DNA from: Breznakia sp. PF5-3
GTDB lineage: Bacteria; Bacillota_I; Bacilli_A; Erysipelotrichales; Erysipelotrichaceae
Length of the DNA: 12,438 nt
Direction: 5' to 3'
Assembly (NCBI RefSeq): GCF_029504745.1
Contig: NZ_JAQFIQ010000057.1
Coordinates: 1-12,438 of the forward strand
Below the pieces are notes generated by a model. It did no database searches, had not been told where the DNA came from, and saw only the letters and a list, made by a program, of their open reading frames with translations. Position numbers and translations under genes: made by a program. Each line of letters opens with the position of its first letter. Within the stretch, counting starts at the first letter, position 1. This document shows positions 1-5,511 of this stretch, one piece after another.

Positions 1-43
1 TTTCTAAAACAATCTTCTTTTTAATTTCGTTAGTCAACTTCAT
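1..43 (-). CDS. Possible 5' end of a divergently transcribed gene running off the left edge (N-terminus MKLTNEIKKKIVLE...), product unknown
   Basis: Minus-strand ATG at 43-41 is preceded by AAGGGGG (complement of 81-87... see hairpin; SD-like G5 = complement of 52-56) with an 8-nt spacer. The frame stays open to the window edge. Only 14 codons are visible, so this could be chance; a competing reading is given in the findings. Confidence 0.3.
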   Translation of the reverse strand, partial: MKLTNEIKKKIVLE

Positions 44-87
44 AAGAAAAACCCCCTTTGTTAGTTTATTGTCTAACTTTGGGGGTT
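42..87 (-). terminator. Strong interrupted hairpin (AACCCCC-TTT-GTTAG / loop / CTAAC-TTT-GGGGGTT) with a U-tract only in the minus-strand orientation; either an intrinsic terminator or an SD-sequestering structure
   Basis: Hand pairing gives 50-56 with 81-87 (7 bp, five G:C) and 60-64 with 73-77 (5 bp). There is a 3x3 T/T internal loop and an 8-nt apical loop (65-72). Read on the minus strand the stem is followed by TTTTTCTT and then ATG. On the plus strand it is followed only by TT-CAC. Confidence 0.4.
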
Positions 88-996
88 CACATCAAAGTGG
101 TGGTTATTTTGTGTAGGCTAGTGTATCTAGTAATTAGTCAGTTGATTGCACATGAAAGGCGGAAATTAAAATCTTCTTCTTTACAAACAACAGTCGTTGC
201 AGGGTTTGCTGTTTTTTCAATTGCATCATCATTAATCTATACAAGTTTAGAAGATATCTTATATTTGAACTCTGTAAATTTGGTTGATGTAGCAGTAGCT
301 CTATCAGGCTTGTTGTTGTTAATTATTTCCGTTTTCCTTGTTTTTTTTAAGTTGCAGGTAAGCAATGAGAAAGAAATTGAGAATGAGTTGAAGATACAAT
401 CATTGAATTATCAAACCAATTTAAATGAGGTTGCTTTGGAAGTGAATCGTGAAACAAGTAAGATGCGTCATGACTTAAAACATTTATTATCACATATGGA
501 ATTTTTGTTGCTAGAAAATCGTGAAGAAGAAGCATTGGAACTTGTTCGTTCACATTATAAAAGTGTACAGACAGAGCAAAAAGTTATTTTAACACCTAAT
601 GAAGTTGTTAATTATATTTTGAATACAAAAAATAGTGTAGCGTTGGAAAAAAATCTATCCATGCGATTTATTATTAACTTTCAACGAGAACCAAAGATTC
701 CTGATGTAGATTTGGCAATCCTTTTGGGAAATGCAATTGATAATGCAATAGAGAATTGTGCTGGAGAAAGTGTGGAAGTCCGAATTGAAGATAAAAATGA
801 ATACTTACACATTGTTGTGAGCAATTCGATAGCAAAAAGTGTGTTAAAAGAGAATGTAAATTTGGAGACAACCAAGAAACAAAAAGGCCATGGTTATGGC
901 ATTGGAAGTATCAAAGAAATTGCTTATCGCAATGATGGGAATATTGAATTTTATGAGAAAAATAATCGCTTTTTTTGCTCGATTTTAATAAAATGA
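58..996 (+). CDS. Membrane sensor histidine kinase, AgrC/ComD-like (HPK10 type, GHKL HATPase_c_5-type ATPase domain) with a short sensor domain
   Basis: The first ~100 aa are hydrophobic (about 3 TM segments) and are followed by a charged helical linker. H-box SKMRHDLKHLL has the His138 codon at 469-471. N-box LAILLGNAIDNAIEN is at 712-756 and G-box GHGYGIGS at 886-909. The C-terminal end FFCSILIK is typical of AgrC-like kinases. There is no in-frame ATG before Met136, so the start must be TTG58 or GTG97/100 (G5 at 81-85 is a possible SD). The start is uncertain. Confidence 0.85.
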   Translation: MLVYCLTLGVHIKVVVILCRLVYLVISQLIAHERRKLKSSSLQTTVVAGFAVFSIASSLIYTSLEDILYLNSVNLVDVAVALSGLLLLIISVFLVFFKLQVSNEKEIENELKIQSLNYQTNLNEVALEVNRETSKMRHDLKHLLSHMEFLLLENREEEALELVRSHYKSVQTEQKVILTPNEVVNYILNTKNSVALEKNLSMRFIINFQREPKIPDVDLAILLGNAIDNAIENCAGESVEVRIEDKNEYLHIVVSNSIAKSVLKENVNLETTKKQKGHGYGIGSIKEIAYRNDGNIEFYEKNNRFFCSILIK

Positions 997-1006
997 TACC
1001 ATTTTT

Positions 1007-1041
1007 ACCGTTTCACCGACCAAATGTCACAGTTTTTACAC
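1007..1041 (+). promoter_or_regulatory. Imperfect direct repeats ACCGTTTCAC (1007-1016) and ACAGTTTTTACAC (1029-1041), 22-bp period; candidate LytTR-type response-regulator site
   Basis: The shared core AC[C/A]GTTT..CAC occurs twice, two helical turns apart, and the downstream copy overlaps the -35 hexamer. It resembles AgrA (ACAGTTAAG) and VirR-box (CCAGTT..CAC) half sites as I recall them. The match is imperfect. Confidence 0.35.
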
Positions 1042-1063
1042 AAACGCCTTTTTTTAGTATATA
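1035..1063 (+). promoter_or_regulatory. Sigma-A-type promoter for the small agrD-like ORF
   Basis: -35 TTTACA (1035-1040), exact 17-nt spacer, -10 TATATA (1058-1063). The predicted TSS is near 1070, upstream of GGAGG (1083-1087) and ATG 1095. Confidence 0.5.
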
Positions 1064-1094
1064 TTATTAGTATACAAGAAACGGAGGTTCTCAA

Positions 1095-1244
1095 ATGAAA
1101 AAACTTTTACTTAAAAAACTTTCAAATATATGTTTGAAAAAATCGGTTGGGACATTATCTTGTGCCTCGGCAAACCGAGTTTGTCAACCGAAAGCGCCAA
1201 AAGCTTTGAACAAGTTTAAAGCAAGTAAAAGGGAGAATGCATAG
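1095..1244 (+). CDS. agrD: AgrD-family (cyclic lactone/thiolactone autoinducing peptide) precursor-like small protein, 49 aa
   Basis: Too short for the ORF track. ATG 1095 is preceded by GGAGG (1083-1087) with a 7-nt spacer, and the stop is TAG 1242-1244. Translation: MKKLLLKKLSNICLKKSVGTLSCASANRVCQPKAPKALNKFKASKRENA. It has a basic amphipathic N-terminus, a Cys-containing middle, then QPKAPKAL and a charged tail. This resembles the Cys-core followed by [QE]P-x-x-P-x-x-L of clostridial AgrD precursors (pattern recalled from memory). It lies directly downstream of the AgrC-like kinase. Confidence 0.6.
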   Translation: MKKLLLKKLSNICLKKSVGTLSCASANRVCQPKAPKALNKFKASKRENA

Positions 1245-1254
1245 ATTCTTGCAT

Positions 1255-1312
1255 AAGAGGAAAGAGGGTTCGTTTTAACGGAAGAGGAAACAAAAGGTTC
1301 TCTTTTAGGAAA
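1255..1312 (+). repeat. Tandem imperfect direct repeat (period 27 nt), purine- and GGA-rich, function unknown
   Basis: Copy 1 is 1255-1281, AAGAGGAAAgagGGTTCgTTTTAacGGAA. Copy 2 is 1282-1312, AAGAGGAAAcaaaaGGTTCtcTTTTAGGAA. The blocks AAGAGGAAA / GGTTC / TTTTA / GGAA occur in the same order. A third partial copy, GGAAAGAGGA, is at 1340-1349. Confidence 0.6.
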
Positions 1313-1373
1313 GTGAAGGGTGTAAAGTAAGTGATCATAGGAAAGAGGATATGTATATCTTTAGACGCAAATT

Positions 1374-1405
1374 AAAAGCATCAGATAATTTTACCTGATG
1401 CTTTT
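1374..1405. terminator. Bidirectional intrinsic terminator shared by the convergent agrD-like transcript and tetR
   Basis: Perfect 11-bp stem AAAAGCATCAG (1374-1384) / CTGATGCTTTT (1395-1405) with a 10-nt loop. The GCATCAG core is flanked by A4 upstream and T4 downstream, so a U-tract follows the stem on either strand. The tetR stop codon (complement of 1381-1383) lies inside the stem. Confidence 0.55.
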
Positions 1406-1980
1406 AATTTATTAAATTCTTTTTCTCCTTGTTTGGTTAATACAGCGTGTATAATGTTCCAATATGTTTGGATTAAAGATCGCTTTTTGAATTCTTTAAC
1501 ATCAGGGATTCCATATACATTGGAAGCCATAATGATTTGAATTAAAGATTCATATTGATCAGTGGTTGTTTCTTCCTTTATTATATTTTCTTTTATTAGA
1601 TTTTGAAAGGTTTGCTTTAATGCTTGATATAAGTCATTTGTTGCCTGTTGTTGTATTTTATGAATTTTAGGACTGGTATGAGCAAGTTGACGATAATGTT
1701 TATAATAATAACTGTTTTGTTTATGATGCTTTCGTATCCAATAAAAGAAATCGTTTAGTTCTTTAAGTGTTGATACAGGTTGAGGTTGGATATAATGTTT
1801 GTGTCGTTCTATAACGATAGCTTCAACTAAATCTTCTTTTTTTTTGAAATGATAGGTAAGATTTCCAACACTGATTTGCAATTCGGAAGCAATATCGCGA
1901 AGCGAAACTTCGTTATAGCCGAATTTATTGAATAGTTCTCGAGCGGTGCTCATAATTTCTAATTTTATGTCTTTTTTCAT
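1381..1980 (-). CDS. TetR/AcrR-family transcriptional repressor
   Basis: 199 aa. The N-terminal HTH IMSTARELFNKFGYNEVSLRDIASELQISVGNLTYHFKKKEDL is a textbook TetR_N motif. The gene is divergent from an efflux pump across a palindromic operator. Confidence 0.93.
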   Translation of the reverse strand: MKKDIKLEIMSTARELFNKFGYNEVSLRDIASELQISVGNLTYHFKKKEDLVEAIVIERHKHYIQPQPVSTLKELNDFFYWIRKHHKQNSYYYKHYRQLAHTSPKIHKIQQQATNDLYQALKQTFQNLIKENIIKEETTTDQYESLIQIIMASNVYGIPDVKEFKKRSLIQTYWNIIHAVLTKQGEKEFNKLKASGKII

Positions 1981-1981
1981 A

Positions 1982-2010
1982 TTGACATTCTAGTACAAGC
2001 GTACTAAAAT
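1982..2010 (+). promoter_or_regulatory. Promoter of the MATE pump gene, embedded in the operator
   Basis: -35 TTGACA (1982-1987), 17-nt spacer, -10 TAAAAT (2005-2010). The predicted TSS is near 2017, just upstream of GAGGAGG (2023-2029). Confidence 0.55.
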
Positions 2011-2015
2011 GTCAA
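1987..2015 (-). promoter_or_regulatory. Promoter of tetR, the mirror image of the pump promoter; predicts a leaderless tetR mRNA
   Basis: On the minus strand: -35 TTGACA (2015-2010), 17-nt spacer, -10 TAGAAT (1992-1987). The A of the tetR ATG (1980) lies 7 nt after the -10, and no SD precedes it. Confidence 0.5.
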
Positions 2016-2035
2016 ATAGAGTGAGGAGGAATAGA

Positions 2036-3451
2036 ATGATAAATGAAACAAGTGAAAATCCATTAGGAATAAAACCGATTCAACAATTGATCATTAAATT
2101 TTCAATACCGGCAGTAATTAGTATGCTTGTTGGTGCATTATATAATATAGTAGATCAGATTTTTATAGGGCAAGGTGTTGGGCTTTTAGGGAATGCTGCA
2201 ACTAATGTTGCCTTTCCACTTACCACAATCTGTACAGCAATTGCATTGTTGATTGGATTGGGAAGTGCTTCTAATTTTAATTTAGCATTAGGAGCTGGGA
2301 AAAAAGAGCGTGCCAAAAGAGTTATTGGGACAGGTGTAAGCTTGATGCTGGTATCTGGTGTCGTTTTAATGCTTATTGTCTTTTTATTTTTAGAACCATT
2401 GATGACAATTTTTGGTTCTAGTGAAAAAGTTATGCCATATGCATTGACATATACAAGTATTACAGCAATTGGAATACCGTTTTTAATTTTCTCAACTGGT
2501 GGCGGAAATTTAGTAAGAGCAGATGGTAGCCCTGTGTTAGCAATGGTCTTTGTGCTTGTTGGTGCACTATTAAATACCATTTTAGATCCTTTATTTATTT
2601 TTGTTTTTGATATGGGAATTGCTGGTGGTGCATGGGCAACCGTTATTGGGCAAATTGTATCTGGTGTTTTGGTTTTTGTATATGTACTACATTTTAAAAC
2701 AGTAAAATTAAAAAGAGATGATTTTAAAATATCAAGTGAATATTCAAAGATGATTGCTTCCTTGGGTGCAGCTTCATGCTTTAATCAATTAGCGTTGATG
2801 CTTGTGCAAATTGCAATGAACAATGTTTTACGCCATTATGGTAGTTTATCTGTTTATGGTAGTGATATTCCACTAGCAGTGGTAGGTGTGGTTTCAAAAG
2901 TGAATATTGTCTTTATGGCTTTTGCAATTGGGATAGCCCAAGGGTGTCAACCCATTGTTAGTTTTAATTATGGAGCTAAGAATTATGAACGAGTACGAAA
3001 TACATATCGAATAGCAGTAATATCCGTAACGATGATTGCTACTATAGCATTTTTGTGTTTTCAATTATTCCCAAGACAGATTATCAGTATTTTTGGGAAT
3101 GGTGATGAGTTGTATTATAAATTTGGGACACAATTTTTAAAGGTCTATATGTTTTTTACTTTTTTAAATGGGATTCAACCTGTTACTTCTAATTTCTTTA
3201 CATCAATTGGGAAAGCAAGTCGAGGGATTTTCTTATCTTTGACACGCCAAGTAATCTTCTTGCTACCGCTTATTTTGCTTTTTCCTATGATGTTTGGTAT
3301 TGATGGAGTAATTTATGCAGGACCGATTGCAGATGGTTCAGCAGTGGTTTTAGCGGCTATTTTCATTCGTAAGGAAATGAAGGAAATGATAGCTTTAGAA
3401 GATCAAGAAAAGTACGATAATAGCGAAGTATTGGTGAATGAGAGCGTTTAA
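2036..3451 (+). CDS. MATE-family multidrug/toxic-compound efflux transporter
   Basis: About 12 predicted TM segments. The N-terminal motif IPAVISMLVGALYNIVDQIFIGQGVGLLGNAATNVAFPL is typical of MatE-domain proteins. I prefer ATG 2036 (GAGGAGG at 2023-2029, 6-nt spacer) over the ORF-track ATG 2009, which lies inside the predicted -10 box. Confidence 0.92.
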   Translation: MINETSENPLGIKPIQQLIIKFSIPAVISMLVGALYNIVDQIFIGQGVGLLGNAATNVAFPLTTICTAIALLIGLGSASNFNLALGAGKKERAKRVIGTGVSLMLVSGVVLMLIVFLFLEPLMTIFGSSEKVMPYALTYTSITAIGIPFLIFSTGGGNLVRADGSPVLAMVFVLVGALLNTILDPLFIFVFDMGIAGGAWATVIGQIVSGVLVFVYVLHFKTVKLKRDDFKISSEYSKMIASLGAASCFNQLALMLVQIAMNNVLRHYGSLSVYGSDIPLAVVGVVSKVNIVFMAFAIGIAQGCQPIVSFNYGAKNYERVRNTYRIAVISVTMIATIAFLCFQLFPRQIISIFGNGDELYYKFGTQFLKVYMFFTFLNGIQPVTSNFFTSIGKASRGIFLSLTRQVIFLLPLILLFPMMFGIDGVIYAGPIADGSAVVLAAIFIRKEMKEMIALEDQEKYDNSEVLVNESV

Positions 3452-3474
3452 AAAATAATTTTATTTAAGTTCGC

Positions 3475-3502
3475 TTTACTTTTAAAAAAATAGGAGTACA
3501 AT
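3475..3502 (+). promoter_or_regulatory. Possible promoter of the antiporter gene
   Basis: -35 TTTACT (3475-3480), 16-nt spacer, -10 TACAAT (3497-3502). No terminator is seen after the MATE gene, so read-through is also possible. Confidence 0.35.
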
Positions 3503-3534
3503 AAGTTCATTCGGTAAAAATGGGGGAATACGAA

Positions 3535-4758
3535 ATGTCTTATTATTTTTTGTTAGATATTGCAATAATTTTATTGTCAACAAAGTTGTTAGGTTTGTTT
3601 ACGCGCCGTATTGCAATGCCTCAGGTAGTGGGGGCACTGTTAGCTGGATTGATTTTAGGACCTGCGGGATTTAACCTACTACATGAAACAGATTTTTTAG
3701 TTCAAGTGAGTGAAGTAGGGGTAATTATATTAATGTTTTCTGCTGGTTTGGAAACGGATATATCAGAGCTTAAGAAAACTGGTACAGCAAGCTTTTTGGT
3801 TGCTGTATTAGGAGTGGTTGTTCCTTTAATAGGTGGGTTCTTGGCTGCTGCTATTTTCAATACAGGTACTAATGCCATGTTGCAAAATGTGTTTATTGGA
3901 GTTATCTTAACAGCTACTTCGGTAAGTATTACCGTTGAAACGTTAAAAGAGTTAGGAAAATTATCTTCACGTAGTGGAAATATTATATTAGGAGCAGCTT
4001 TGATTGATGATGTATTAGGAATTATCGCATTGACTGTTGTTATGGGAATGGCCCAAGGTGATGTGAACATCTGGTTGGTAATGTTTAAAATTGTAGCATT
4101 CTTTGTGTTGAGTGGTGTAATTGGATACTTTTTCCATAAACAATTTGATAATTGGATGCGCAAATCAAAAATTGATCGTCGTCGTTTTTCTATCATTGCA
4201 TTTGCGTTTTGTTTGATTTATTCATTCATTGCGGAAGAAGTGTTTGGGGTAGCGGATATAACGGGAGCGTTTGTCGCAGGGTTAATGATTGCGAAAACAG
4301 TTCGTTGTACCTATGTAACGCATCGTATCGATACATTAGGGTATTTGTTTTTTACCCCAGTATTCTTTGCTAGTATTGGTTTGAAAGCAGTAATCCCTGA
4401 AATGAATGGTGATATTATATTATTTAGTGTTTTAATTGTTTTGATTGCAATATTGAGTAAAATTATTGGCTGTGGTTTGGGTGCTAAACTATGTAAGCTT
4501 CCTAATATTAGTGCTTTGCGAATTGGTGTTGGAATGATTTGTCGTGGAGAAGTTGCACTAATTATTGCTACCAAAGGAGTAAGTGCAGGGCTTATGAAAG
4601 AAGAGTTTTTTACACCGATTATTATCATGGTTATCATAACAACCATCATAACTCCGATCCTACTTAAAATCGTTTATAAAGATCGTGGTCATGAAATCGT
4701 ATATGCAGAAGATCCATTAGCAGAAAGACTGCAAAATAGAGATCACTGCGAAGTATAA
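3535..4758 (+). CDS. Cation:proton antiporter, CPA2 family (Na_H_Exchanger domain, NapA/KefB-like membrane domain without a KTN/TrkA domain)
   Basis: Polytopic membrane protein. N-terminus LLSTKLLGLFTRRIAMPQVVGALLAGLILGP and motif GAALIDDVLGI (Asp-Asp codons 4006-4011) are characteristic of CPA2 exchangers. I prefer ATG 3535 (GGGGGA at 3522-3527, 7-nt spacer) over ATG 3520. Confidence 0.9.
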   Translation: MSYYFLLDIAIILLSTKLLGLFTRRIAMPQVVGALLAGLILGPAGFNLLHETDFLVQVSEVGVIILMFSAGLETDISELKKTGTASFLVAVLGVVVPLIGGFLAAAIFNTGTNAMLQNVFIGVILTATSVSITVETLKELGKLSSRSGNIILGAALIDDVLGIIALTVVMGMAQGDVNIWLVMFKIVAFFVLSGVIGYFFHKQFDNWMRKSKIDRRRFSIIAFAFCLIYSFIAEEVFGVADITGAFVAGLMIAKTVRCTYVTHRIDTLGYLFFTPVFFASIGLKAVIPEMNGDIILFSVLIVLIAILSKIIGCGLGAKLCKLPNISALRIGVGMICRGEVALIIATKGVSAGLMKEEFFTPIIIMVIITTIITPILLKIVYKDRGHEIVYAEDPLAERLQNRDHCEV

Positions 4759-4764
4759 TTTCAT

Positions 4765-4810
4765 AATGGGGTAGATGTGTTATAAAATACAGAAATCCCA
4801 TTTTATTTTT
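4765..4810 (+). terminator. Intrinsic terminator candidate after the antiporter gene
   Basis: Outer stem AATGGGGT (4765-4772) / ATCCCATT (4795-4802), 8 bp with one G:U. A 3x3 internal loop separates it from the inner stem TGTGTT (4776-4781) / AATACA (4786-4791), which closes an ATAA tetraloop. The tail is TTATTTTT (4803-4810). Confidence 0.5.
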
Positions 4811-4823
4811 GGGCGAAAATTCG

Positions 4824-4852
4824 TTGATTGTGAATATTGATGGTAGTATAAT
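4824..4852 (+). promoter_or_regulatory. Strong sigma-A-type promoter for upp (and probably the atp operon)
   Basis: -35 TTGATT (4824-4829), exact 17-nt spacer, consensus -10 TATAAT (4847-4852). AAGGAG at 4876-4881 lies 9 nt before ATG 4891. Confidence 0.6.
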
Positions 4853-4890
4853 TGTAGTATTAAGGTTTATTGAATAAGGAGAAAATAATT

Positions 4891-5511
4891 ATGTTAAAAG
4901 TACTAGAACATCCACTAATTACTCATAAACTTACGCAGATGCGTAAGAAGGAAACAAAGACAAAAGATTTCAGAGAAAACTTAGATGAAATCGGAGGTCT
5001 GATGGCTTATGAAATTACTCGTAATTTGCCTGTAAAAGAAGTTGAAATTGAGACACCAATTCAACCAATGAATACGTACGAGTTGGAAAAAGATATTATC
5101 TTGGTTCCAATTCTAAGAGCGGGGTTAGGAATGGTAAATGGAATTTCTAATTTAATACCTACAGTAAAGGTAGCTCATGTTGGTTTATATCGTGATGAAG
5201 AAACATTGCAACCACATGTATATTTTGAAAAATATCCACCAAATATCAAAGATGCAATTGTTATGATTGTAGACCCAATGTTGGCTACTGGCGGTAGTGC
5301 TAGTGCAGCCATTGATATGGTGAAGAAACAAGGAGCAAAAGATATTCGCTTAGTTTGTTTGGTAGGAGCTCCTGAAGGTGTGAAAGTAATTGAAGAACAA
5401 CATCCTGATGTTGATATTTATTTAGCAGCATTGGATGAAAAATTAAATGAAAAAGGATATATTATTCCAGGATTAGGAGATGCTGGAGATAGGATTTTTG
5501 GTACGAAATAG
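4891..5511 (+). CDS. upp: Uracil phosphoribosyltransferase
   Basis: 206 aa and collinear with B. subtilis Upp as I recall it: [39 protein letters not shown] (PRPP loop), [16 protein letters not shown]-terminus. ATG 4891 with a good SD is preferred over the ORF-track TTG 4870. Confidence 0.97.
   Translation: MLKVLEHPLITHKLTQMRKKETKTKDFRENLDEIGGLMAYEITRNLPVKEVEIETPIQPMNTYELEKDIILVPILRAGLGMVNGISNLIPTVKVAHVGLYRDEETLQPHVYFEKYPPNIKDAIVMIVDPMLATGGSASAAIDMVKKQGAKDIRLVCLVGAPEGVKVIEEQHPDVDIYLAALDEKLNEKGYIIPGLGDAGDRIFGTK

Larger units (their letters stand above)
1982..2015. promoter_or_regulatory. Candidate TetR operator: inverted repeat TTGACATTCTAGTAC-aagc-GTACTAAAATGTCAA
   Basis: Hand-checked arms 1982-1996 and 2001-2015 pair at 14 of 15 positions (the only mismatch is 1990/2007), with a 4-bp spacer. 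It sits exactly between the tetR and MATE genes. Confidence 0.65.

Noticed and set aside
347-875. Minus-strand ORFs 347-553, 674-871 and 681-875 inside the kinase gene
   Set aside because: They are antisense to a CDS with clear H-, N- and G-box motifs. They have no SD, and their products are low-complexity with no recognisable motifs. They are typical shadow ORFs.
1024-1098. 24-codon + strand ORF (MSQFLHKRLFLVYIISIQETEVLK) in the kinase-peptide intergenic region
   Set aside because: It has no SD, it spans the predicted -35/-10 and TSS of the peptide promoter, and it ends inside the agrD-like start region.
1216-1338. 40-codon minus-strand ORF (MITYFTPFTFLKENLLFPLPLKRTLFPLMQESMHSPFYLL) across the GGA-rich repeat
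   Set aside because: There is no SD upstream of its ATG. It overlaps the 3' end of the agrD-like ORF. Its Phe/Leu/Pro richness is simply the complement of the purine-rich repeat.
1351-1398. 15-codon + strand ORF (MYIFRRKLKASDNFT) just before the terminator
   Set aside because: The GGAAAGAGGA tract ends 1 nt before the ATG, which is too close to act as an SD. The ORF also runs into the terminator stem.
1381-3451. Idea that the TetR-regulated MATE pump exports the AgrD-like peptide
   Set aside because: The only support is adjacency. The genes are convergent across a bidirectional terminator, and TetR-MATE pairs are common stand-alone drug-efflux modules. AgrD export and processing is normally done by AgrB. 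Nothing in the sequence supports the link.
2155-4649. Minus-strand ORFs 2155-2580, 3702-4196 and 4311-4649
   Set aside because: They are fully antisense to the MATE and CPA2 transporter genes. Their Pro/Thr/Ile/Asn-rich translations are the mirror of hydrophobic codons. No start-site signals are present.
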